In this document: positions 17,841 through 25,750 of the stretch, piece by piece
How the letters are laid out: the number at the start of each line of letters is the position of its first letter
Numbering within the stretch: the stretch's first letter is position 1
Source of the DNA: a virus
Strand: one strand, 5' to 3'
IMG/VR virus record: IMGVR_UViG_3300013308_000012
DNA length: 37,762 nucleotides
The notes under the pieces: model-generated
Seen by the model: only the letters and a program-made list of their open reading frames with translations
Told to the model about the DNA's origin: nothing
Database searches by the model: none
Program-made: the position numbers and the translations under genes

Positions 17841-18716
17841 TCAGCCAAGGCGGGATTGAGGCTTGTTGTACTTACGGTCGTACATGGCATCGAGTTCAGC
17901 CTTGAGCCCGGCGCGCTTCGGATCGTGCTGTGGCATTGCGGCGAGCTGAGTGCGCAGCTCCTGTGCCTTGATCGCAAAATCAGCCTCATTGACCTGGCCG
18001 CCGTTGATGGCGCTGTCTTCCTTCAGCTCCTTGCCGATGTTGGCCGTGAAGGCGATGAAGTCCGGGTCGTTGCCGTACTTGGCCTGAAGGGTGTCGAAGT
18101 TGCCAGGCTTACCCGGCTCGCTGGCGAAGGCCTCGGCGGCGCGGAATGACGCCCGAACATTGGCTTTCATGGCCTGCTCATCAGGCCACACGGCCTTGAG
18201 CGTGGCCGTGCAGTCCTGCGCAGTCAGCTGTGCGCCGCCCTCGATCAGACCGGGTGCCGCCTTCATGTATTCGCCGATCACGTACTGCACCTGGTCGTTG
18301 GTCAGGCCTTTGGCGTGAGCCCCTTTCAGGAACGACTGGGTGCCCTCATCAGCCTTGAACTCATCCCAGTTGAAGCCCTCGACGCCTTCCAGCTTGACCG
18401 TGTACTCATCAGCGCTCTTGGGTGGCGCATCACCGGAGCCCATGCGGGTTTCAAGGTGCTTGTAGGACTCGGCCAGCTTGCGCGAAGACGCTTCAAGGTC
18501 GAGGCTGCCGTCCTCTTTGTTGGTCCGGTACTTCTCGGGAATGAAGTCGGTAGCCGTGTTGCCGGTGCCAAGCACGGACGGTGCAGGAGCTGGCGCCGGT
18601 GCCGGTGCCGGAGTAGGTGCAGGCGTCGGAGCTCCACCGCCTGGCTGGCCTTCTGGTGCAGCCTCGGCCATCAACATAAGACCCATGAACTGGGAAAAAC
18701 TATTATTCAAACGCAT
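17841..18716 (-). CDS. Scaffolding protein
   Basis: 291-aa ORF between portal and capsid. It is acidic and helical with an N-terminal (PA)n linker. The exact start is uncertain; alternative ATGs lie at 18686 and 18671. Confidence 0.65.
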   Translation of the reverse strand: MRLNNSFSQFMGLMLMAEAAPEGQPGGGAPTPAPTPAPAPAPAPAPSVLGTGNTATDFIPEKYRTNKEDGSLDLEASSRKLAESYKHLETRMGSGDAPPKSADEYTVKLEGVEGFNWDEFKADEGTQSFLKGAHAKGLTNDQVQYVIGEYMKAAPGLIEGGAQLTAQDCTATLKAVWPDEQAMKANVRASFRAAEAFASEPGKPGNFDTLQAKYGNDPDFIAFTANIGKELKEDSAINGGQVNEADFAIKAQELRTQLAAMPQHDPKRAGLKAELDAMYDRKYNKPQSRLG

Positions 18717-18933
18717 TGGTATCTACTCCGTTTGCTCTGTTGATTTGGGAAACGATGAACTCCAGCACGCGGCGCTGGCCGTCTCGCTGGTAGGTTTCTA
18801 GGACCGCATCAATCCCGCCCTTGACCACGGCGGGACGTGCGAAGTGGTTGGTCAGCGCATCGAGGATCAACCGGCCTTCGTGGTGGTCCTCGAACACGCG
18901 CTTGTACATCGCTGCATCGACTTCGATTGCCAT
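18703..18933 (-). CDS. Hypothetical protein between portal and scaffold
   Basis: 76-aa ORF whose ATG overlaps the portal stop by 1 nt. Confidence 0.55.
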   Translation of the reverse strand: MAIEVDAAMYKRVFEDHHEGRLILDALTNHFARPAVVKGGIDAVLETYQRDGQRRVLEFIVSQINRANGVDTNAFE

Positions 18934-20528
18934 TACGCTGCGGCCCCCTGTTGTTTGAGTGCGGCCTCACTGGCCTGCTGTTGAATCATTTGCTGCTGGG
19001 CCTGTTCCTGCGCCTGCTGGTTGGCTGCGGCACGGTCCTCGCGGATCTTGTCGCGGTCTGCCTTGCTGCGGATGACCGACGACGGAACACCCAGCGCCTC
19101 GCCCTTGAAGCGCTGCGCCTCGTCCATGTCGATGTTGTCCATGACAGTCGGGTCGGCCTGAGCAACGATCAGCGCGCCTTCAATGAACTGATCGATCGCG
19201 GTGACTTCCTCCAGCTTCTGCGAGCGAGCCAGCGGCGACAGGTAGCGCACGGTGAAGTTGCGGCCGGCCAACGACTCAGGTGCAGTGCCCAGCACGCCAG
19301 CGCGGTACGCAATGCCGAAACACCGCTCGATCATCGGTTGCAGGTACTCGGTTTGCAGGCGGCCATAGACCGGGCCGAGCAACTGACGGATCAGGTTCAC
19401 CCGCACGTGCACCTCAGTTGCCGTCATCGCCGGGCCGTCCTGCGCCTGGAGCTGATCCGCCATCAGGATCTTGCGGATGGAGCCCTGAAGCCGTGCGATC
19501 TTGGTCTCGGCGTACTGGAAGTTTGAGCCGCTTTGCAGGGGCTTCATGCTGTCCACGCTGTTGGCCACGATGATCTTTCGAGGCCCAACCTTGACGGTGC
19601 GCGGGTTGAGGACGCCATCGTCTTCGGCAATCCACATCCCAGCGATGGCCAAGTCACCGGCTGCCAGATCCATTCGGCACAGTTCGTTCAGGGTGCGGGC
19701 GTCTGGCAGTGCGTCGAACACCGGGCCAACCGCGTACACGCTGTCCGGGATCATCATCCAGCGCGGCACGACGACAGGCATTTCGTGATAGCCCGACTCG
19801 CTCACCAGGTGCTTGGCTGCCACCTCGACCTTGCACGAAGCGATCGGCATGTTCTTGGCCAGTCGAGCGCCGACCATGTACGTGCTGCGTGGGTAGATCG
19901 CGTGAACGAACTGCACCAGCTCCTGCGGTTTGTCTTTCGCCAGCTTTCGCGTAGTTTCGCTCAGGTTGTCTTCGCCAAACTCGTTGACCGCCTGCTCTGC
20001 CGTGAGCTTGTACTCGCGATACACGGTGTCGATCTTGCCGCCAGCCTTGGACGCCGAGGCGTACACGCTCGCAATCGGCCACAAGTCGAAGGTGAAGCCG
20101 CCCTTCTCCATGTCCTGATCGATGTACAGGGCAAACCACCCAGCGCATACAACGTCAATCAACCCCTCGAAGGCGGCCGCGTCGAAGTTGGATGCGTGGA
20201 TGTTCTGCCAGAGGATGTCGGCTGAGTCGTCCAGCCACCGGCGTTCCTCGTCGGTCTCCTGCCCCACGTCCATGCCGAACCACAGCGAGTTCGCCGGGGT
20301 CAGGCCGGACATGATGCCGGACGACAGAATGCGGGCCGCGTCCGTGGTGGTCCCGTCGATCATCCTGGCCTTGCGCATCTGCGCCTCCATGGCCGTGATC
20401 TGCTCAGTGCAGAAGCCGCTACCCCGAATCGGGTAGCTGTGGTCGAAGCAATCGCGCCAGACCGACTCATGCGGCGAGCGGAGTGACTTCAAGGTGCTCA
20501 GCGTTTTGGCGATCTGGGCTGCGTTCAT
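18933..20528 (-). CDS. Portal (head-to-tail connector) protein, T7 gp8-like
   Basis: 531 aa, close in size to T7 gp8. It has a Gln-rich acidic C-terminus and heads the morphogenesis block. Confidence 0.75.
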   Translation of the reverse strand: MNAAQIAKTLSTLKSLRSPHESVWRDCFDHSYPIRGSGFCTEQITAMEAQMRKARMIDGTTTDAARILSSGIMSGLTPANSLWFGMDVGQETDEERRWLDDSADILWQNIHASNFDAAAFEGLIDVVCAGWFALYIDQDMEKGGFTFDLWPIASVYASASKAGGKIDTVYREYKLTAEQAVNEFGEDNLSETTRKLAKDKPQELVQFVHAIYPRSTYMVGARLAKNMPIASCKVEVAAKHLVSESGYHEMPVVVPRWMMIPDSVYAVGPVFDALPDARTLNELCRMDLAAGDLAIAGMWIAEDDGVLNPRTVKVGPRKIIVANSVDSMKPLQSGSNFQYAETKIARLQGSIRKILMADQLQAQDGPAMTATEVHVRVNLIRQLLGPVYGRLQTEYLQPMIERCFGIAYRAGVLGTAPESLAGRNFTVRYLSPLARSQKLEEVTAIDQFIEGALIVAQADPTVMDNIDMDEAQRFKGEALGVPSSVIRSKADRDKIREDRAAANQQAQEQAQQQMIQQQASEAALKQQGAAA

Positions 20529-20764
20529 GCTCCGAGTGTCCTTTTGCCTTGAGCCATTACAGTTTCAGTGGCCGCACCAGCCCCGCCACCAGGCGCCACG
20601 CCGCGAGCGCCACCACTGGACAGCAGGCTGCTCTGCGACTTGCGCACCTTGCGGGCTGCGGTTTCGGAGTTGGCCTTCTGCGTGGCGATATCGGCAGCCT
20701 TCTGCGCTTCGATCTGCGGGTCAGGCGCGGCAACGACAGCAGGTTTCTTTGGCTTGCTCGACAT
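20525..20764 (-). CDS. Hypothetical small basic protein
   Basis: 79-aa ORF with an ATGA-type overlap onto the portal start. Confidence 0.5.
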   Translation of the reverse strand: MSSKPKKPAVVAAPDPQIEAQKAADIATQKANSETAARKVRKSQSSLLSSGGARGVAPGGGAGAATETVMAQGKRTLGA

Positions 20765-20768
20765 GGTG

Positions 20769-21167
20769 TTACTCCTTGACTGGTGGCTCAGGGCACAGCC
20801 AGCCGTCCGGGGTCATGACGGGTTGCTTGAGCTTGACCGGGTCGATGTCGGCGGTTGCCTGAGCCTTGGCCTGTGCCTGGGCGGTAACTTCTCCCTTGAC
20901 CTCAACGAAGGGCTCGCCGCCGGCGTTCATGCGATCGACCTCGGCAAGGATCGACACCTTGTCGCCAACGAAGTCGCCCACACGCTGGGCCTCGGCGTCA
21001 TTGGTCACGACGCACCAGCGTCCGCCGGCAATGTGCTTGGCCACGTACAGCACAGGGGCTGGATCAGCCTTCGGGGGATAGCCAGCACCTGTGGTACCAG
21101 CGAGCGGCGTCATGGTGGCGAGAGGGTCGCCGGGGGATTGGGTCTTCAGGTCTTCAGGAGCTGGCAT
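20769..21167 (-). CDS. Hypothetical protein, first gene after the lysis cassette
   Basis: The ATG at 21167 (MPAPEDLK) has GAGG about 9 nt upstream. The ORF track extends to 21197. Confidence 0.55.
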   Translation of the reverse strand: MPAPEDLKTQSPGDPLATMTPLAGTTGAGYPPKADPAPVLYVAKHIAGGRWCVVTNDAEAQRVGDFVGDKVSILAEVDRMNAGGEPFVEVKGEVTAQAQAKAQATADIDPVKLKQPVMTPDGWLCPEPPVKE

Positions 21168-21223
21168 GGTGCTGGCCTCGGTGTGGTTGTTGATCAACGA
21201 GGGCCAGCATCAAGGCGGTGGGC

Positions 21224-21243
21224 TGTCGGGTTCCCGACTATTT
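21224..21243 (-). promoter_or_regulatory. Late-region 20-nt motif, copy B
   Basis: The minus strand reads AAATAGTCGGGAACCCGACA. Its TAG is the Rz stop codon. It ends 56 nt upstream of the 21167 start. Confidence 0.55.
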
Positions 21244-21687
21244 GCGAGGGATGCAGCTGGTGTTCACGTAGTCCTGAAGGCCACTCAAGGCAATGATGGC
21301 CTCGTCTCCGTCGTTGGTGATGGCGACAATATCTTGAGCAGCCGCGGGGTCAATGTCGGCTCTCGCTTCTGCATCATCCACGCCGGTGGGGCTGGCGGTG
21401 GTTCGCACTGCGGGGCAACGGGCTGGGACTGACAGCCGCTGAGCGCCAGTGCCGACGCGAGCAAGAAGGTCTTTGTTCTGGGCCTGAGCATTGGTCAGCT
21501 CCTGGGTGTGTTGGGTGTCGAGGTCGGCCAGCAGGCGCTGGGTGGTGCGGCGGGAATCGGCAGCGTTCTCCAGCGTGGTGATGGTGCCCTCGGCAGCGGT
21601 CAGGCTGGTGCTGACGTGATCGATACGCCACAGAGCCAGCAGCAGGCCAATGGCGAGCGCAGTGCAGATGCCGGCAAGGATCCTCAC
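21238..21687 (-). CDS. Rz: Rz-like inner-membrane spanin
   Basis: It has an N-terminal TM segment (MRILAGICTALAIGLLLALW) and a coiled-coil body. An ATGA overlap couples it to the endolysin stop. Confidence 0.75.
   Translation of the reverse strand: MRILAGICTALAIGLLLALWRIDHVSTSLTAAEGTITTLENAADSRRTTQRLLADLDTQHTQELTNAQAQNKDLLARVGTGAQRLSVPARCPAVRTTASPTGVDDAEARADIDPAAAQDIVAITNDGDEAIIALSGLQDYVNTSCIPRK
21285..21491 (-). CDS. Rz1: Rz1-like outer-membrane lipoprotein spanin, embedded in Rz in another frame
   Basis: It has a lipobox (LALSGC) after a signal sequence and a Pro-rich mature part. It lies entirely within the Rz coordinates. Confidence 0.7.
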   Translation of the reverse strand: MLRPRTKTFLLASALALSGCQSQPVAPQCEPPPAPPAWMMQKREPTLTPRLLKILSPSPTTETRPSLP

Positions 21688-22103
21688 GGCACATCCCGGA
21701 AAAACACGTGGTTACCGATGGTGACGGTCTTCTTAGCCCCCACGGTCCACTTGGGTGGAGTCTTCATGCTCTTGGCGTAGTAGTGAGTTGAACCGCCAGT
21801 TGGGTCAGGCGTGCCCCCATCAACAACAAGCTTTGCCACCGCCAAGACCATGGCGTACTGGTTGTAGGGGATCTGCTTGGCGCCGATGAGGTAAGAATAG
21901 TTCGGGTCGTTCTTGTTCCAGCAGCTGAACTGATACGGGGCCTTGCATACACCGGCATAGCCCTCACCCCACCACGACCGCGGGTTGCTGTCGCTCACTC
22001 GGTTGCGGATGGTCCAGGCCACTGCGACCTGCCCCGCCGGACCTTCTCCGCGAGCCTCACCCCACAGCGTACGGGCCAGTACATCGATATCGTTGGTAGC
22101 CAT
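21684..22103 (-). CDS. Endolysin, SleB/Hydrolase_2-type cell-wall hydrolase
   Basis: The ATG at 22103 gives MATNDIDVLARTLWGEARGEG...AVAWTIRNR...YQFSCW..., the characteristic SleB-family pattern. An ATGA overlap couples it to the upstream gene. Confidence 0.8.
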   Translation of the reverse strand: MATNDIDVLARTLWGEARGEGPAGQVAVAWTIRNRVSDSNPRSWWGEGYAGVCKAPYQFSCWNKNDPNYSYLIGAKQIPYNQYAMVLAVAKLVVDGGTPDPTGGSTHYYAKSMKTPPKWTVGAKKTVTIGNHVFFRDVP

Positions 22104-22387
22104 CAATCCATCCTCAGAATGCGCGCCACGTTGCCGCGAGCCCGGTACACCAGCACCGCCAGGACGAGCAGAACGATCAGCAGGTAGGGGGAAACAGCGG
22201 GTGTTGGCTTGGCAAACAGTGCCGCCAGCAGGATCGAAAGCCACTCACAGCCTGTTGCAGCGGCCAGTGCGTAGGCCAGCCATGACACACCAGCACGGTA
22301 GCGGGCACCTTCACGGCGATAGATGGCGATTCGAATGCAAATGGCGCCACAGAGGGCGCCAGCGATGAGAGTCCATGGATCAACCAT
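22103..22387 (-). CDS. Second holin-like membrane protein (three predicted TM segments)
   Basis: 94 aa, hydrophobic (MVDPWTLIAGALCGAICIRIAIY...). It overlaps the first holin's end by 8 nt. Confidence 0.65.
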   Translation of the reverse strand: MVDPWTLIAGALCGAICIRIAIYRREGARYRAGVSWLAYALAAATGCEWLSILLAALFAKPTPAVSPYLLIVLLVLAVLVYRARGNVARILRMD

Positions 22388-22757
22388 TGCGGCTACCTCC
22401 AAATCTGTCGGCGACCCATTGCAGCCAGCCGGGCATTTTGCCGCCACCGAACCACACCAACAGGCTGATGCAGACAGTGACGATGAGCAGTGCACCGAAG
22501 AACGCGACAAGGCCGGAAGTCCTGGCCCACTCACGACCAATAACCTCGTTGGCGACGTAGTAGCCAGCCACCCATGAAGCGATGAAGTAGCCCAGTCGGG
22601 CCAGTGGCGTGAGGTCCTTTGCGAACACCACGAAGAACATTGCACCAGCGAACGCACCCACCACCGCGTTCACGTCAACACCAGGCCAGAAGCTCACAGC
22701 GGTAACGCCGATGATCCCTGCGCCGGCCAACACTGCGCCGCTGCTTGGCTCTGCCAT
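22380..22757 (-). CDS. Holin-like membrane protein (three to four predicted TM segments)
   Basis: The ATG at 22757 (MAEPSSGAVLAGAGIIGV...) has GAGG 7 nt upstream. It is the first gene of the lysis cassette. Confidence 0.65.
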   Translation of the reverse strand: MAEPSSGAVLAGAGIIGVTAVSFWPGVDVNAVVGAFAGAMFFVVFAKDLTPLARLGYFIASWVAGYYVANEVIGREWARTSGLVAFFGALLIVTVCISLLVWFGGGKMPGWLQWVADRFGGSRNG

Positions 22758-22767
22758 TTGATACCTC

Positions 22768-22798
22768 GGAAAGAAAGACCCCGCACAGTGGCGGGGTC
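22768..22798 (-). terminator. Intrinsic terminator immediately upstream of the holin gene (tR'-like position)
   Basis: The minus strand reads GACCCCGC-CACTGT-GCGGGGTC followed by TTTCTTTCC. It lies between motif copy A and the holin SD. Confidence 0.65.
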
Positions 22799-22834
22799 GG
22801 GTTACTCGACTAGGCAAGGATCAGCGGGCTTGGG

Positions 22835-22854
22835 TGTCGGATTCCCGACTATTT
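22835..22854 (-). promoter_or_regulatory. Late-region 20-nt motif, copy A
   Basis: The minus strand reads AAATAGTCGGGAATCCGACA. Its TAG is the stop of the 22849..23049 ORF. It ends 77 nt upstream of the holin ATG, with the terminator in between. Confidence 0.55.
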
Positions 22855-23049
22855 CGGATCGGATAGCCCGGATATTGCGCCCAGCCTCCAGCACACCCAG
22901 AACTCTTGAGTCTGTTTGCTGACGTAACGGCCGTCGCGCTTATCGATGTTCAGTAGGCGCGGTTGTGCGAACTGGTGTTCAAATCGTTCCTGCTCGGTCC
23001 CTTCGAACTGTTCGTGGTCGCCGTCGCGCTGGTCGTCTTTGTGTGACAT
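22849..23049 (-). CDS. Hypothetical 66-aa protein, last gene before the late region
   Basis: The ATG at 23049 is preceded by GAGGGAA. The N-terminus is acidic. Confidence 0.55.
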   Translation of the reverse strand: MSHKDDQRDGDHEQFEGTEQERFEHQFAQPRLLNIDKRDGRYVSKQTQEFWVCWRLGAISGLSDPK

Positions 23050-23059
23050 AGGTATTCCC

Positions 23060-23332
23060 TCAAGCTTTCGAGTGATAAGCCCACCAGTCGCCAATCGCGA
23101 CCATGGGCAGTCTTGTACGGTCATTGCCAGTGGTCTGGCACCAGAACGACACAAGGCGCTCGCCCTCCGTGTAACGAGGTTCGGCGCCCTGCTTCCAACC
23201 CAACAACGTGGTGCGTGCAACTCCGATGGCGTCAGCTACCGACTGCGGAGAATAACCGGTGCGTGACAGGGCCGTGATGACCTGAAACCAGTCAACCCGG
23301 TGCTCGACTCGCTGCTGGATGACGGCCAGCAT
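23060..23332 (-). CDS. Small helix-turn-helix protein in the position of a late-gene regulator (function unproven)
   Basis: 90 aa with the HTH-like segment YSPQSVADAIGVARTTLLGWKQG. It lies between the nin-type genes and the late region, where lambda has Q. Confidence 0.5.
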   Translation of the reverse strand: MLAVIQQRVEHRVDWFQVITALSRTGYSPQSVADAIGVARTTLLGWKQGAEPRYTEGERLVSFWCQTTGNDRTRLPMVAIGDWWAYHSKA

Positions 23333-23334
23333 GA

Positions 23335-23622
23335 TCAGGCTCCAAACGTGCGCGTGCGCGAGGCAGTGTGAAGTTGCGCACCCACCTCCAGCCCCCGATG
23401 AATCCTATAAGTCATTTCCGCTATAACGCAGCCGAATGTCATAACCGGATCGGTTGACTCGTCGAAGTGTGCCGGGTGTATCGCTCTGCGGTAGCCCAAC
23501 AGCGCCTCAGGCTCACCGGGAGCCGAAAGGTCTACGTCTACCCCGATCATCATCCAACCGCCGCACAACTCACGGCAGGCCCATTGCAGGATTGGTTTTG
23601 GCATAACTCCCCCGAGTGTCAT
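23335..23622 (-). CDS. Hypothetical protein
   Basis: 95-aa ORF with an ATGA overlap onto the ninG stop. Confidence 0.5.
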   Translation of the reverse strand: MTLGGVMPKPILQWACRELCGGWMMIGVDVDLSAPGEPEALLGYRRAIHPAHFDESTDPVMTFGCVIAEMTYRIHRGLEVGAQLHTASRTRTFGA

Positions 23623-24206
23623 TGGCAGTTGGCTTGCAGGTTCTTGAGTTGGCGGGTCTTGGCCCGGTAATCGGCCTTGATGGCCTTCAGGTCTTCGATC
23701 GTGTAGCGCTGTGGCTCATGCGGTCCTTCCAGCCAATCAACGAGCTTTGCCCCGATGCGTTGAACGAGGCTGATCCGGTAATTCACGATGTCGCCCGACT
23801 TGTGCTGATTGCACGGGACGCACTGCTTGTGGCAGTTGAGTGGTTCGAATCGAAGGGTTGGGTTGCTTCCTACGGTGCGGTAATGCCCGGCGTCATAGGA
23901 GCCCTGGTGGTGACGGCCACAGCTGATGCATGGCAGTGAGGCGTCGCGCTCGCGCACCCAGGCGTTAAACGCGGCTTGGGCCTCCCGCATGTACTGCCCC
24001 TTGGTCTTAATGCGCTCCTTGGCCGCTCTCAGCTCTTTGCGACCAATCTCGGCGAGTGCCTTTCGAGCTTTGTCCTGATGCACGTCCTTGATGGCGAGGC
24101 CACAGGCGTAGTTGCAGACGGCCTGCCCGAGGCGCTGCGGCACGAATGAGGTGCGGCACTCTGGGTTCTTGCAGAGCTTTGGCTTGCGGGGTTTGGTGGT
24201 GAGCAT
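23619..24206 (-). CDS. ninG: NinG/Rap-family recombination endonuclease
   Basis: It aligns by eye with lambda NinG: ...AFNAWVRERDASLPCISCG...DAGHYRT...CHKQCVPCNQHKSGD...YR. The ATG at 24206 overlaps the ninB stop (ATGA). Confidence 0.85.
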   Translation of the reverse strand: MLTTKPRKPKLCKNPECRTSFVPQRLGQAVCNYACGLAIKDVHQDKARKALAEIGRKELRAAKERIKTKGQYMREAQAAFNAWVRERDASLPCISCGRHHQGSYDAGHYRTVGSNPTLRFEPLNCHKQCVPCNQHKSGDIVNYRISLVQRIGAKLVDWLEGPHEPQRYTIEDLKAIKADYRAKTRQLKNLQANCQ

Positions 24207-24607
24207 CAATAGCGCCCTCCCCACTTGTCCTGCTCGGTCCACTTCACGCCGCGCTCAGCACCGAACGCGCTCATCAGCTCGAACAGATCGCTGAACCACT
24301 TCTGGGATTGCTTGCGGGTCGACACGCCCAAAACGACGTAACCCCCATCGATGCCTGGCACAACGTTTTGCTTCTGGAGCGCGGAGCTGAATACGTGCTT
24401 CCAGTCTTCGTCCGACAGCTTCTGGCCGTACCACTCGACCTGAGTTGATACGTCCTTGAGCATTGCCCACATCTTGCGGTTGCAGACGTCGGGGCGTTTC
24501 TCGTCCTTGATCACCACCATCTTCGGCTTGGTGAGGTCGGTGCCGTGCAGGAAGCCCATCAGGCGGGTGACGTCGCGCTGGTCGCGGATTGTGAATTCGG
24601 TGCTCAT
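24206..24607 (-). CDS. ninB: NinB (Orf-family) recombination mediator
   Basis: It aligns by eye with lambda NinB: ...NRKMWAMLKDVSTQVEWYGQKLSDEDWKHVFSSAL...FGAERGVKW. Confidence 0.85.
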   Translation of the reverse strand: MSTEFTIRDQRDVTRLMGFLHGTDLTKPKMVVIKDEKRPDVCNRKMWAMLKDVSTQVEWYGQKLSDEDWKHVFSSALQKQNVVPGIDGGYVVLGVSTRKQSQKWFSDLFELMSAFGAERGVKWTEQDKWGGRY

Positions 24608-24843
24608 GACTGGGCCTCCTTGCTAACACCCAGTTCGCCAAGGACCAGCGCAGCAATGCTGAAGGCTTCGACGCCCATCGGGGTTACTCGCAGGATCTCG
24701 TTCAGCGCGGTGATCAGCTCATCGTTCTGGACCTTGAGTTGGCGTATCTCTGCCAGCAATGCATCACGCCCTTGTTGTGAGATTTGGTCCATAACCTGCT
24801 CGTGCTCAGTCATCAGCATGCTGGTGTGCTTGTAATTACTCAT
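24604..24843 (-). CDS. Hypothetical coiled-coil protein
   Basis: The ATG at 24843 (MSNYKH...) has ATGA overlaps at both ends. Confidence 0.5.
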   Translation of the reverse strand: MSNYKHTSMLMTEHEQVMDQISQQGRDALLAEIRQLKVQNDELITALNEILRVTPMGVEAFSIAALVLGELGVSKEAQS

Positions 24844-24935
24844 ACCCCCACCGCCATTGTGATCAGGACACCAAACACGCCAACGCCAAAGCCTGCGAGG
24901 CTGCATGTAAAACCAATCAGGAAATGAGTACTCAT
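24840..24935 (-). CDS. 31-aa hydrophobic single-TM peptide (below the ORF-track length cutoff)
   Basis: Reads MSTHFLIGFTCSLAGFGVGVFGVLITMAVGV. Its ATG overlaps the DnaC-like stop (TGATG) and its TGA overlaps the next ATG (ATGA). Confidence 0.35.
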   Translation of the reverse strand: MSTHFLIGFTCSLAGFGVGVFGVLITMAVGV

Positions 24936-25750
24936 CAAAAGCCCTCCTTGCCGCGTTGTGATTCCCATTCGAACGGGATAACGATGACGCCGCCCTCTCT
25001 CAGGCGATCGGCGCAGCGTTCACCGATTGCTGTGGCCAAGGTCTTGGCGTCGAGGTTGGAAACGATGACGGTGGGGCGCAGCTGCTCGTAGCGGCCGTTG
25101 ATGATTGAGAACAGGGTGGTCAGCTCGAAATCGCTGGGCTTCTCCTTGCTCACGCCGATCTCATCCAGGATCAGCAGTGACGGACTGATCAGGCTCGACA
25201 GAATCTGGCTTTCGCTCTGGTCGCTGGTGTGGTCGTAGGTGGCGCGGATGGCCTGCAGGACGGAACCGATCGTGCGGTAGACGGCGGTTTCACTGCTCTT
25301 GTCCATGATCTCGTTGGCGATCGCCACGGACAGGTGCGTCTTGCCGGTGCCTGGTTTACCGAGCAGCAACAGGCAGCGGCCGGCCTCGGCGATCTGCTTG
25401 AACTCTGCGGCGTAGCGCATGCAGGTGGTCAGCGCCTTGCGTTGTTCGGCAGTGGTGGCCACGTAGCCGTCAAAGGTCTTGCCTGCGAATCGCTTGGGGA
25501 TCAGGGCGGCGCCAAGTTTCTCGGCCATCCGCATCCGCAGCGCCTGGGCTTCCTGTGCCTGCTGGCGGGCCGCTTCTTCCTCGCTGCGGATACGGCTGCA
25601 CTCAGGGCAACCGGTCTTGAACTCGCGACCGAAGATCACGTTCACGGTTTGCGGGAACTGGCCGTGGTCATCGCATACACCGGTGATCTGCTGTGGCTCC
25701 GGCATAGCCTTTGGCATCGAAACGACTTTTTCAGAACGCATACGAACCAT
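24935..25750 (-). CDS. DnaC/IstB-like AAA+ helicase loader
   Basis: It has Walker A (LLGKPGTGKTHL), Walker B (LLILDEIG) and N-terminal Cys pairs. The start could be 25750, 25741 or 25717. Confidence 0.8.
   Translation of the reverse strand: MVRMRSEKVVSMPKAMPEPQQITGVCDDHGQFPQTVNVIFGREFKTGCPECSRIRSEEEAARQQAQEAQALRMRMAEKLGAALIPKRFAGKTFDGYVATTAEQRKALTTCMRYAAEFKQIAEAGRCLLLLGKPGTGKTHLSVAIANEIMDKSSETAVYRTIGSVLQAIRATYDHTSDQSESQILSSLISPSLLILDEIGVSKEKPSDFELTTLFSIINGRYEQLRPTVIVSNLDAKTLATAIGERCADRLREGGVIVIPFEWESQRGKEGF

Noticed and set aside
265-18149. Many long plus-strand ORFs across the virion module, for example 265..1095, 4711..5595, 7137..8141, 13392..14060, 17109..18149 and 19533..20225
   Set aside because: All overlap well-supported minus-strand genes. 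Long shadow ORFs are expected in GC-rich DNA. Their products are Arg/Gly/His-rich with no recognisable motifs.
18581-18631. Tandem GCCGGTGCC-type nucleotide repeat
   Set aside because: It encodes a (Pro-Ala/Thr)n linker (PTPAPTPAPAPAPAPAPS) near the scaffold N-terminus. It is low-complexity coding sequence, not a CRISPR or regulatory array.
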